DNA of 64,000 nucleotides from Squalus acanthias (GCA_030390025.1 CM059431.1:142974001-143038000); one strand, 5' to 3'. Counted from the first letter of the stretch, positions 14,085 through 26,390 are shown. Notes: generated by a model not told the origin, from the letters alone. Translations and numbers: made by a program.

Positions 14085-14470
14085 TTCATTCTAGGCATGT
14101 GGACGTGCCTGGAAAGGTCGGCATTTAATGCCCATCACTAGTTGTCCTTGATAGAGCTGACAAGATCGCTTGTCCACTTCAGAGGGGCTGTTAGGACTCA
14201 GCCACTGGAGTCACACAGAGGCTTAGACCGGGTAAGGAATGCAGGTTTCCTTCTCTAAAGGACATCAGTGAAACAGTTGCGTTTTAAAACAATCGACAGC
14301 TTCACGATTAGTTTTACTGATGCCAGCCTTTTACTTGCAAAACCTTTCAGAAACCAAATTCAAATTCTCAAGCTGGCATGGTGGGATTTCAGCACATGTT
14401 CTCTGGATTATTAATCGAGGACACCAAATCGATAGTCGAGTAGAATAAGCATGACATTACCATATCCGAG
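14085..14470 (-). mobile_element. SINE-like element: head shared with the family B LINE 5' end, fused to the family B 3' tail
   Basis: The - strand head (taataatccagag...aaatcccaccatg...gaatttgaattt...tcactgatgtcctttagagaaggaaac...tgtgactccag) matches 59600-59340 (-). The tail caaggacaactagtgatgggcattaaatgccgacc...atgaataaaaag matches 2490-2560. Confidence 0.7.
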
Positions 14471-14964
14471 AAAATTGGCTGAATTGTGATATTATTCATC
14501 AAACACTAGAATTAGAGTCCCGTGTTGCCTGAACTTTTAATATTGCGAGATTATGAGTTATGAATTATGTGTATATATATTCCAAACACTTTCTCTATAC
14601 ACGAGTTAACGATTCAACGAGACATAGGGAGCAGGGGAACTTTTGGAGATTTGCATATAACTGGTTATGTGTCCTTCCCACTAATCATCTAGAACAGAAC
14701 CGTGATGACTGAGGACTGTTCCTGCTAGGACTGAGGTCTATCGGTGCAATTATCACTGCTGGTGTCAATGCAGAATGGAAATTTGCCTGATAGGGTGGTG
14801 GAAACATATTCAATAGTAGCCTTCAAAAGGGATGTTATTAAATACTTGAAGGAGAAAAAATTGCAGGGATATGGAAAAAGAGCTGGGAGTGGGACTAACT
14901 GGGTTGTTCTTCAAAAGAGCCAGCTTAGACTGGATGGCCTCCATCTATGCTGTAGTCATAGAGT

Positions 14965-16560
14965 CATAGAGTTATACAGCACAGAAAGAGGCCCTTCGGC
15001 CCATCGTGTCCGCGCCGGCCATCAAGCCCTGTGTATTGTAATCTCATTTTCCAGCACTTGTTCCGTAGCCTTGTATGCTATGGCGTTTCAAGTGCTCATC
15101 TAAATGCTTCTTGAAAGTTGTGAGGGTTCAAGCCTCTACCACCCTTTCAGGCAGTGAGTTCCAGATTCCAAACACCCGCTGGGTGAATTTTTTTTCCCTC
15201 AAATCCCCTCTAAGCCTCCTGCCCCTTACCATGAAACTATGCCCTTGGTTATTGACCCCTCTACTAAGGGGAAATGTTCCTTTCTATCTACACTATCTAT
15301 GCCCTTCATAATTTGGTACTCCGCAATCAGGTCCCCCATCAGCCTACTCTGCTCTAAGGAAACAACCCCAGCCTGTCCAGTAACTCTTCATAGCTGAAGC
15401 GCTCCAGCCCAGGTAACATCCTGGTCAATCTCCTCTGCACCCTCTCCAATGGAATCACATCCTTCCTATAGTTTGGCGACCAGAACTGCACACAGTATTC
15501 CAGTTGTGGCCTAACTAGAGTTTTGTACAGCTCCATCATAACCTCCCTGTCTTTATAATCTGTACCTGGGCCAATGAAGGCAAGTATCCCATATGCCTTT
15601 TAAACCACCTTATCTACCTGTGCTGCTGCCTTCAGGGATCTATGTACATGCACACCAAGATCCCTCTGATCCTTTGTCCTTCCTGGGGTCCTACCTTTGA
15701 TTGTGTATTCCCTTGCCTTGTAAGTCCTCCCAAAATGCATCACCTCACACTTTTCAGGGTTAAATTCCATTTGCCACTGTTCTGCTCATCTAACCATCCC
15801 GTCTGTATCGTCCTGTAGCCTGAGGCTTCCCTCATCGCTAATTACCACTCCACCAACTTTACTATCATCTGCGAACTTACTGATCATACCTCCTACATTC
15901 AAATCTAAATCATTAATGTACACTACAAACAGCAAAGGACCCAGCACCAATCCCTGCGTTACACCAATGGACACAGGCTTCCAGTCACAAATACAAACTT
16001 CGGCCATCACCCTCTGCCTTCTGCAACTAAGCCAATCCTGGATCCAATGTGTCAAAATGCCCTGGATCCCATGGGTTCTTACCTTCTTGACCAGTCTCCC
16101 ATGTGGAACTTTGTCAAAAGCCTTACTGAAGTCCATGTAGACTACATCAGCGACACTATCCTCATCCACACACCTAGTCACCCCGTCGAAAAATTATCTC
16201 AAATTGGTCAGACATGATCTCCCCCTGACAATGCCATGCTGACTATCCCTGATTAATCCCTGCCTCTCCAAGTGAAGACTAATTATTTCCCTCAGAATTT
16301 TTTCCAATAATTTCCCTAACCCTGATGTTAGGCTCACTGGCCTGTAAATCCATGGTTTATCCCTACTCCCCTTCTTGAACAATGTTACTACGTTAGCTGT
16401 TCTCCAGTCCCCTGGCACCTCCCCTTTGGCCAGAGAGGTTCTGAAAATGTGTGTCATAGCCCCTGCAATCTACACCCTTGCCTCACACAGCAGCCTGGGA
16501 ATCATGCCGTCAGGGCCTGGGGCTATATCCACTTTTAAGCCCGCTAGTACCGCTAGTACT
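14965..16560 (-). mobile_element. CR1 LINE, RT to 3' end, decayed
   Basis: ORFs 16194..16457, 15786..16181 (VYMDFSKAFDKVPH, KFADDSK) and 15354..15539 (VRPQLEYCVQFWSP). Confidence 0.93.
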
Positions 16561-16599
16561 ATTCATGATGCTATTTAAACATAAACGTGCAATGAAATG

Positions 16600-17460
16600 A
16601 AGAACTTGGATTTCTATAGCGCCTTTTACGACCTCGGAACCAACACACTTTAAGTAATTTTGAAGTAAGGTCACTGTTGTAATGTAGGAAGGGTGGTAGC
16701 TAATGTGCGCACAGCAAGCTCCCACAAACAGCAATGGGATAATGACCACTGAAACTGTTTTTAGTGATGTTGGTTGTTTGGTCAATATTGGCCCAGGACA
16801 CCAAAGACAAGAAAGACTTGCATTTATATAGCGCCGTTCACGAACACCGAACGTCTCAAAGAACTTTACAGCCAATGAAATACTTTTGAATCGTAGTCAC
16901 TGTTGTAATGTGGGAAATGAGGCAGCCAATTTACGCACAGCAAGCTCCCACAAACAGCAATGTGATAATGACCAGATAATCTGTTTTCGTTATGTTAGTT
17001 GAGGGAGAAATATTGGCCAGGACACCCGGGATAACTCCCCTAATCTTCTTCGAAATAATGCCATGGGATCTTTTACGTTCACCTGAGAGAGCAGACGGGG
17101 CCTCGGTTTAACGTCTCAGACGAAAGACGGCACCTCCGACAGTGCAGCGCTCCCTCAGCACTGCACTGGAGTGTCAGCCTAGTTTTATGTGCTCAAGTCC
17201 CTGGAGTGGGAGTTGGGCCCACAACCTTATGGCTCAGAGGCGAGGGTGCTACCCACTGAGCCACAGCTGACACCAAGGTGAACTCCTCTACTCTGCTTCA
17301 ATATAGAGGGAGTCTTGCTTCAAGCTCTCATCCGAAAGACCGCACTTCCGAGAGTGCAGCGTTCCCTCAGTACAGGCACTGGGAGTGTCAGCCTAGATTG
17401 TGTGCTGGAGTAGGAATCTACCCCTCAACCATCTAATTCAACGGTGAGCATGCAATCACT
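16600..17460 (-). mobile_element. tRNA-derived SINE (probably Deu-domain/SacSINE1-like, L2-type tail), a younger copy (about 16805-17272) nested in an older copy
   Basis: tRNA-like head cagctgtggctcagtgggtagcaccctcgcctctgag...; body ...ttgctgtttgtgggagcttgctgtgcg...; tail ggcgctatataaatgcaagtctttct. Body and tail occur twice, and gacaccaa flanks the inner copy (16797-16804, 17269-17276). The family name is from memory and was not searched. Confidence 0.8.
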
Positions 17461-17879
17461 GCCCAAATTCTGACTCTTAATTACCGAGAACGCTAAATAA
17501 ACGACCTCTCCCTTTTCAACAGCTAAAACGTGCGGCCAATTCTCCTCTCGATGGGCCCAGTCCGCTGAAGGTTGATAATAGCGGAGTTCAAGGGCTCATC
17601 ACTTTGGCACTGAGGCAATGCTTGTGTATTAGTTTTGTTATTTAGTTTTCATAACAGAATGTGCCAGATATCTGGCGGCACAGGCACGATCAGCCGAATA
17701 GCCTCCATTTGTGCTGCACCATTCCCTGATTCCATTTAGTTGCGGAATAATGCTGACTATACACGAGTTGTGGACAAGGCTGTTTTACCAGATAATTGTT
17801 TGACTGTGAGAACGAGTAACTGTTAATTTTCTTACTTCCTGTTATCACCTCCACTCGCTACATCCGACCAGTCAATAAC

Positions 17880-18035
17880 ACATCTGGCTTTAGGTTGTGA
17901 TCGACAATGTGACTCTAAGACGGCGGGACACGCACGTCCGCATGACATTATCTGGGTCAGGCCTGTGCTTTGCAGCAGTTTCTGCACATTGTCAATAGCA
18001 ACTCAACCACAGCCAGTGGTTTCAGCAGCTGCACA
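17880..18035 (-). promoter_or_regulatory. Conserved element, left copy (inverted repeat of 20412-20565); putative regulatory
   Basis: About 90% identical by eye to the reverse complement of 20412-20565 (gcagctgctgaaaccactggctgtggtt...ctattgacaatgtgcagaa...catgcggacgtgcgtg...gccgtcttaga). The regulatory function is an inference. Confidence 0.45.
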
Positions 18036-18339
18036 TCTGTTGAAGGTTTACAATTTGAGTTTAAGTTCTGTCGAGTCTATTAGTAGGAGAGGTGTCCCTC
18101 AAAAAAGCAGCGAAGCAGCGGGATGGTTACTATGTTTTGTTCATATCTGTAGAGTTGAGTCAGTTTGATTCATTTGAGATGCTGCAAGGATTTCTAATAA
18201 TTGGCAATTTTGATCTGATGCCTCATTTTGAGCCCATTTCCCGAGTTGGTCGCTAGGGTTTGATCAGAACTTTGCGCCAATCTGTAAACCGAGTGCAGAT
18301 CAGTTAGTGCAACGTCAGTTGTTGGGCCAAACGCTTCAA

Positions 18340-20160
18340 ATCAAAAATCCGAGATAAAATTAGTGAGCATTTACAAATGCACGGGTTAATTTAAGGGCTG
18401 TCTGCATGGGTTTAAGAAAGTCAAGTCATCTTTGACAACTTGTACCGATTGCATAGATGGAGGGGATGAAGTAAAGACCTAGTATGAATTTTTATCAGGT
18501 GTTTGATAAGGTTTTCCACAAGAGGCATGTTTGCAACATACGATAAATGGCGAACAGACAGCGACCTACTGGTCCATTCAGTCCCGTTGTGAAGCTCCGA
18601 GCTTCACAGTATATAAACGCGCCACCCTAAACCACGTGATCTACTGGAAGAGGCGACAAAACAGATCAAAACCCAGGATCATGAATGGTAACAAATCTGA
18701 AAAATTCCTCTCCGACCGCTTTAGGTGATTACAATTAATCCCCATGAGATCACACTGGCCCAGATTAACATTACCATGTATCTTCCCGTTGTACCAGGTG
18801 ACCTCCGCACCAGACAGTTGCAGTTCCAGCCCTCGCTTGATGGAATTGATGCCTCCACCACACAAGCCAGCAGCCTGTTTAACAGGTCCACTATTCTTCA
18901 ATAAAATAACTTTCTCCTAAAATCTTACCTAGATCTGGCACTTCAGCTTGTGACCCCTGGTCCACCCTAACCTATCTAGTTGAAGAATTTTGTGTAGAAA
19001 AAGGCAATTTAATCCCATCATCATCTTATAAACCTTATTCAATTCACCACTATATCTACGCTTCTCCAAAGTGTACAGACCCATCTCTTTCAGCCTATCT
19101 TGGTAACTAGGATACTTCAAACAGGGTATTAATCTTGTGGCCCTCCTCTCTACCTATTCTATCCTCAAGTACGCCTATCTTTTGAGGGGACCAAAATTGA
19201 ACACATTTCTCTAACTGAGGCCTGACCAAGGGCTTGTAAAAGAACAAAATGGCTCGCGTCTTTATATAGTGAATTATCCTGTAACTACACCCTAGAATAT
19301 TCAGACCCTTTGGATCAGAAAAGATGTTGCAGCTCGGATATAAAGAGGCTGATGGAAAAGATTCAAAAAGTTAGCTTGAATTAATGTTAGTTAGATTGAG
19401 AAAGGTTGGAGCTGGGTTCGAAGTGTACTACAGGATTCCAGTTTTATGCGTTGTGTATTTCTATGATTTGCATTTTGAAATAGCAAGAACAATTTCGAAA
19501 TTTGCTGAGACACAAATGTAAGGAGTTTACTAAACAGCGTTCAGGACTATCAGCACCATCAGGAAATTAGGTTGGAGAAGTGGGGATAGAGATGGCAGCT
19601 GGTTTTTAATATGGATAAGTGTGACATATTAGATTTTGTAAGGAATGGAAAGACACTGAATGGTGTCACTGAACAGAGAAACCAAATGTTTAAAGACTCA
19701 ATTCCTTCGAAGTACCCATGCAGGTAGCTGAAGTCATGTAAAAAGTGCAACTGCATTTTGGATTTAGGAATATAGGAAAGGGATGAACCCATTCAATTCC
19801 TGGAGCCTTTTGCACCATTCCATTAGATATTGGCTGCTTTGTACCTTAACTCCATCCACCCGCCTTGGATCTGTAACCCTTAATACCGTTGCTAACAAGA
19901 ATCTATTAATCTCAGTTTTACATTTTGAATTGGCATGGCCTCAGCAGCTTTTTGAGGGATGAGTTCCAGATTTCCATTACCCTGTGACTGAACAAGTGCT
20001 TCCTAACATAAGTCCTGACCGTTCCTTGCTCTAATTTTAAGGCTATACCCACCTATTTCTGGACACGCTCACCATTTAAAAAAAAATTCTATCAAATAAT
20101 TTAAGTATTTAAAAACTTCAATGTGGATCACTGTTCTTCATATTCTATATTCAGGGGACG
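18340..20160. mobile_element. Strongly decayed CR1 fragments filling the spacer of the inverted duplication
   Basis: ORF 18929..19120 (SYQDRLKEMGLYTLEKRRYSGEL) and RT remnants near 18400-18530 and 19490-19760. Confidence 0.7.
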
Positions 20161-20411
20161 CAGAGTCCGAGAGTTATGACGTCACCACATGTGGAAGCTG
20201 ACTCCAGGTCTTCGGATGATGTGATCAAGGGGCAGCTGTGAATGAGGAAGGGGAGAGGGCGAAGCTTAAATCTTTGTGGAAGCGCCAAGTTAACAATGCT
20301 GGGCAGGAGAGCAGCCATTGCTGTAGATGCTATGTCTACATTTGGATAGTTAAGAATGGAATCAAGCGGGAGGAGTCCATTTTGTGCTGGAATCCAAAGC
20401 TACATCAAAAT

Positions 20412-20565
20412 ATGCAGCTGCTGAAACCACTGGCTGTGGTTCGGTTGCTATTGACAATGTGCAGAACCTGCTACAAAGCACAGCCCTGACCCAGATAATA
20501 TCATGCGGACGTGCGTGCCCCGCCGTCTTAGACTCACATTGTAAATCACCACCTAAACCGAGATG
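20412..20565 (+). promoter_or_regulatory. Conserved element, right copy; putative regulatory
   Basis: Inverted copy of 17880-18035. Preceded by TGACGTCA (CRE, about 20177), CACATGTG (E-box) and CCATTTTG (YY1-like) motifs. Confidence 0.45.
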
Positions 20566-21292
20566 GGTTATTGACTCGTCAGGTGCACGGAGTAAATGTG
20601 AGAACAGGAAAGAGAAAATGAACTTTTGTTCTTTCTTGCAGTCATGCACTTATTTGGTAATAATATCGTCTTTACATCATCTACCGCTTGTTGGTAGTCA
20701 ACTTTATTTCCCTAACTAAATATGTCACATTTTGTCATGAAAACTAAACAAAGCTAACACGACAGTACGGTGTCAGTATCAGAGTGTTGACCCATTTAAC
20801 TCTACCTAGAGGGCACTCAGCACAGAGAGTGGTCGATTGCCTGCATAGTTTAGCCATTGTAAAGGGAGAGGTCGTTTACTCGGAAGTCTCCATAACAAAT
20901 GAACCAAAGTTAAGCGGTAGCCCAACATGCGGTTGAAATGGGGCATGGCGGGATCACCAAACAGGTGTCATTGATACTTGAACAATAGCGGGTGAACACT
21001 ATCAAAATTCGCTTTCCATTTTTAGTGCGGGAACCAAATGTTTTCCTTGAAATGTATAATATTCAGAAAAATAAGAATCAGTGGAATATTATAAGGAAAC
21101 TCGGTGTGGTGTAAAATTCGCCTTGGGCGTAAATGGAAAACAGGTGGTATCGCATGGGTCGCCTGTTATATGTTTCGCCCGATTTTCAGTCCCAGAGGCT
21201 TCAATATAACTGAAAATCATGCTTGTCTTGTAACAGTCCTGAAATGGGATTCCGCCTGTTTTGCTTCACCTCATGTGTCCTGTTTCATCCCC

Positions 21293-23590
21293 GAAGCGTC
21301 TCTCCTCTGATAGGACAAAGTGTAATTTCCACGCTCACATTACAGGTCAGTATTCCCGCGCTGTTTCTTTCAAATCTCTGCTGTTCTCCTCTGAATTGAA
21401 CTGTCTAGAAGAGTTTCACAGAGGATAAAGGTATTGGACCCATGTTTTGAAATTCTAGTGATCCAAAAAATGCACAAAAGTTATAACATAAAAGCAGGCC
21501 AGTGACGCAATGAGTCTGACTGACAATACCAGTGAACATGAATCACACCGTCCCCGAACGCTAGCCAATAGTTAATTTCGGTTACATCCAGCAGTATTAA
21601 CCAAGTGTCCGATCATCATGACTCTCGAGCTCTATAACAGGACCCAGAGCATCGATCGATGATCGATAATCATGGGTAAGTTATGCCGAATCATATTGAT
21701 CATCGAATTACTTTTAGCAAAGAGAAATGGCTGTTGTTGGGAACAATGGGGTTAATTTTAATTCTGATCGATGTTATATAATGGGCGGTATGGAACTAGC
21801 GCCCGGTACACACCGCGTCCGATTTCTCTTCAATTTAAGTCCATTGAGGGGAAAATCTGGCGGGGCCGTATAAAAGCCTATTCGATATCGTCCGTTTTGC
21901 GCCGTCGCTCAAACTTCAATATATACATAAAAATGTGATAAGTTTATCTGTATAAAAACTACAGCATCCTCTCGGATTGTTGCATATCTTCAGTCTGAAA
22001 GTTTCAGTGATGCTCATGTTTTAAATTTAATCCAACCATTACACACAATATTCCCTGTAACTGAAAAGAACTTTCTGTGCTAACATTTATATATAGAAAT
22101 CCCGAGCTGTGGTTAAATGCTTCAGAACCAGCTGTTTACTGAATATAAACACTGGGTTTGTAACAAAGTCCTTTTTCTCAAATTGTATTTTCGGTAATTT
22201 GCTCGGTTTAAGGTTAAACGCCAACGGTGAGTCGTTACATTTCTATTTCTATAACTGGTTTTTGGATGATTGTTGTTTGGAACGTCAGAAGTTATTTAAA
22301 ATGCCTGCTTGAGGTAATGTTGCATTTTGCAATTAGAAGAGAGTGAAGCTATTTGCACCAGAATCTGTGTCTGTACGACAAACGGAAGGATCTTATCCCG
22401 TCAGTGTACTTGTAACATCTGTTTATTCAAATTCTACTTCACACTACCGGTCCAATGAGTCCGAGTCACAATACTAGTGAACATGAGCCAAACCAGGTAC
22501 ATATTCAATTTGTACTCAACACAAAGTAGAATTAAAAGAATTGTCGTAACTTGTATACGTTCAACCGAATTAAGACACACATTTTTACATTGATGCAATT
22601 CTATTAATTTTTATTTGAATGGAGAGTGTAACCTCATACATCAATAATATTAAGTTTTCTCAAAAGTGTTTTATTAATGTAATGATAGACAACAGGATGT
22701 AACATAAGTGGGAAGATTTTCACTCGGCTCTATTGGAAGATTAACCTAAATATGCTCCAGGAAATATTATTTTGGTTGATAATTGTAGCGAAATCTCATT
22801 CAAAAACAAGACGCTAGCGATTTCAGGACGAATATCAGACAGCAAAAAAAACTGAAGGCAGCAACAATATGCTGATCGTTTGGGTCCCAAATCATTCCTT
22901 CGTCTAAATTTCAAGACTGGAGAACAAAGTTTTCTTCAGAGATATCGTTTTTTTCTGGTTTTATGGACTAAAATATTAAAATCCTGGACACGTGAATTGT
23001 GAAAACGAAGCACTTCTCCAGATTGAAAGAAAGGAACTCAATGAACATGAAAAAAATCACATTTATAAATACAATCGAAATTAATTGAATTAGAAATATA
23101 TAATTGTAGATTCAGTGCCAGCTTAGTTAAAGTGTCACAAATTGCCATTGTCAGACTGTAATATCATATAGAGTATTGTTTAATCATTGTTAAGCGACAT
23201 TTTGGCATCTTAATTTCAGTGGTACTTGCTTCTTAATCACTAAGGGTTTATTGCCCGGTCTTTACTTGGAACATGGAGACTTCACTGAGCACTGAAGGTA
23301 GCGTCATCAGTCCCCATATTAACCCGCAATCCGGTACAAGGATAGTCCCAGTGAGACGGGGAGGCTCCCGGACATATTCACCGAACAGAAGAGTAAACGG
23401 TCTCGGAATTCAGATGGGAAACCCAAAAGCACTGGTTGTAAGATTAAAACTTTGTATTATTATTTTTTTCCCTTCTCAAGTAAATCACAATTTCAATTGG
23501 CAATGGTCTGCTTTCAAGACCATTGAAAAAAATGGTTCCAGTTACAATGCATTGTGACATCATTAATCAGCTCATGAATGTAATTTCCCA
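21293..23590 (+). pseudogene. Decayed multi-exon gene-like unit, copy 2 of the inverted duplication
   Basis: Homologous to 11420-13880 (-). Donor CATGG|GTAAGT at about 21675, and exon 23245-23437 is the same 193 nt as in copy 1. Several splice sites are lost and there are extra stops. Confidence 0.55.
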
Positions 23591-23664
23591 TTTCTATACC
23601 TAGCGAAATTAGTGTATTAAGGGGAAGCTAGATAAGCACACGACGGAGCAAGGGCTAGAAGTGA

Positions 23665-23747
23665 GTCAGGATGACCGAGTGGTCTAAAACGCTGCGTTTA
23701 GGTCCCAATTTTCTCTCGAGGTAGGGGTTCGAATCTGACTTAATTGT
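23665..23747 (+). pseudogene. tRNA-Leu(CAG)-derived pseudogene
   Basis: gtcaggatgaccgagtggtctaaaacgctgcgtttaggtcccaatttt...ggttcgaatc aligns to vertebrate tRNA-Leu(CAG) (GTCAGGATGGCCGAGCGGTCTAAGGCGCTGCGTTCAGGTCGCAG...). The acceptor stem is broken. Confidence 0.75.
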
Positions 23748-23914
23748 ATTTTGTGGATTTAGCAGCAACTGCTTCTTCGGCCCAGTTGAATTGTTTCTAT
23801 CAGAAAACTAACGCTGAGATTGTTCTCCTGAGTGCAGAGAAGGATAAAGGGAGAACTAAAAGCTATTCAAGATTATGAGGGTTTGTGATAGTGCAGGTAG
23901 GAAGAAACTGTTTG

Positions 23915-25765
23915 AGTAAACTAGCGAGAGACATAAAAACAGACTGTAAAAGCTTCTATAGGTATGCAAAAAGGAAAAAGATTAGAAAAAGTAAATGTGG
24001 GTCCCTTACAGGCTGAGACAGGACAAATTATAATAGTGAATAAGGAAATGGCAGAGAGATTAAACAAATAATAATATCTGTCTTCACGGAAGAAGTCTCA
24101 AAAAACCTTGCGGAAATAGTGGAGTACCCAGGCTCGAGCGAAGATGAGGAACTGAAAGAAACTAGTATTGGTGAAAAAATAGTACTGGAAAAGTTAATGG
24201 GACTGAAATCCGATAAATCCCGTGGACCTGATGGCCTACACCCTAGGGTTTTGACAGAGGTGGCTATAGAGATAGTGGATGCATTGTCTGTTATTTTCCA
24301 AAATTACATAGATTCCACAACGGTTCCCGCGGATTAGAAGGTGGCAAGTGTAACCCCACTATTTTGGAAAGGAGGGAGAGAGAAAACGGAGAAATACAGA
24401 CCAGTCAGCCTGACACGAGTAGTAGGGAAAATGCTAGAATCTATTATTCAGGACGTGATAGCAGGGCATTTGAAAATAATAATAGGATTGGGCAGAGTCA
24501 AAACGGATTTATGAAAGGAATTCGTGTTTTTACAAATCTTTTGGAGTTTTTTGAGGTGGTAACGAGCAGAATAGATAAGGGGGAACCAGTGGATGTGATG
24601 TATTTGCATTTTCAGAAGGCATTCGATAAGGTGCCAAAAGAGAGGTTATTAAACAAAATTAGGGCTCATGAGATTGGGAATAATATACTAGAAAGGATTG
24701 AGGATTGGCTAATGGACAGAAAACAGAGAATAGGAATAAATTGGTCAATTTCGGGTTGGCAGGCTGTATCTAGAGTGGTACCGCAAGGATCAGTGCTTGG
24801 GCCTCAGCTATTCACAATCTACATCAATGATTTGGATGAGGGGACCAAATGTAATCTTTCCAAGTTTGCTGATGTAAGTTGTGAGGAGAATGCAAGGAGG
24901 CCTCAAGGGGATATAGATAGGCTAAGTCAGTGGGAAAAAACATGGCAAATGCAATATAATGCCAAGAAATGTGAAGTTATCCACTTTAGTGTGAAAAATA
25001 GAAAATGGAGTATTTTTTTAAATGGTGAGAGATTGGGAAATGTTGTTGATCAGAGGAGCCTAGGTGTCCTTCAATCACTGAAAGTTAACATGCAGGTACA
25101 ACAAGCAATTAAGAAAGCAAATGGTATGTTGGCACTTATTACAAGAGGATTTGGGTATAAAAGTATAGACGTCTTACTGTAATTATATAGGGCCCTGGTG
25201 AGACAACACCTGGAATATTGGTTACAGTTTTGGTCCGCTTACCTAAGGAAGGATGCACTTGCCATAGAGGGAGTGCAACGAAGGTTGAACAGACTGGTTC
25301 CTGGGATGGCGGGATTGCCCTATAAGGAGAGATTGAGGACACGAGGCCAATATTCTCTAGAGTTTAGAAGAATGAGAGCTGATCTCTTTGAAACATACAG
25401 AATTCTTACAGGACTTGACAGGGTAGATGCAGGGAGGATGTTTCCCCTGGCTGGGGAGTCTAGAACAATATGTCACAATCTCAGAATAAGGGGTCGACTA
25501 TTTAGGATTGCGATAAGGAGAAATATCTTCACTCAGAGGGTGGTGAAGCGTTGCAATTCTCTACGCCAGAGGGCTGTGGAGGCTCAGTCGCTGAGTATAT
25601 TCAAGACAGAGATAAATAGATATTTGAATATTAATGGCATCAAGGGATATGGGGATAGTGCAGGAAAGTGGAGATGAGATAGATCAGAAATTATCTTATT
25701 GAATGGCGGATCAGGCTCGAAGGGCCGAATGGCCTATTCCTGCTCCTATTTCTTATGTTCTTATG
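23915..25765 (+). mobile_element. CR1 LINE family A, ORF2 3' half and tail
   Basis: ORFs 24119..24337, 24364..25182 ([21 protein letters not shown]) and 25198..25677; tail ctcctatttcttatgttcttatg. Confidence 0.93.
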
Positions 25766-25999
25766 TAGAAGGATATCGTAATAGGTTGAGCTGAAGAGGG
25801 GTGGGGGGAGGTTGGTGTGGAGTATAAACGCGGGAATAGACCAGTTGGGCAGAATAGTCTATTTCTGTGTTCTGAACGCTATGCAATTATATTTTTATTA
25901 AAAATTATAAACAACTTCAGTAAGATCACCTGTACGATTCCGCTAGGAGTATTACCGGGGGAATGTTGCTGCATTGAAAGTGAGTCGCGTGATATGCGC

Positions 26000-26390
26000 G
26001 TCACTGGAAAGGCCGACATTTATTGCCCATCCCTAGTTGCCGTTGAATATTAATGGAATCAAGGGAAATGGGGATAGTGCAGGAAAGTGGAGATGAGATA
26101 GATTAGCCATGATCTTATGGGTGTTGGTGATCCATCATTTGAACCGCTGCATTCCATGTGATGATGACATTCCCACAGTGCTGTTAGTAAGGGTGTTCCA
26201 GGATTTTGACCCAGCGGCTATGAAGGAAGAGCGATCTTTATCCAAGTCGGGATGGTATGTGACTTCGAGAGGGACTCGGAGATGATGCTGCTGCCGAAGA
26301 GGCCTTTATGAGCTACTGCAGTGCATCCTGTAGATTGTACACACTGCAGCCACGGTGCGCCGGTGGTGGAGCGAATGGATGCTGAAAGTC
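26000..26390 (-). mobile_element. CR1-group family B 3' fragment
   Basis: Reverse complement of the 2170-2540 tail (cacggtgcgccggtggtggagcgaatg, tgcccatccctagttgcc). Confidence 0.75.

Noticed and set aside
20384..20719. 111-aa ORF as a protein-coding gene
   Set aside because: The same frame has a TGA in the inverted copy at 17.9-18.0 kb, it starts at a non-ATG codon and it has no recognisable domain.
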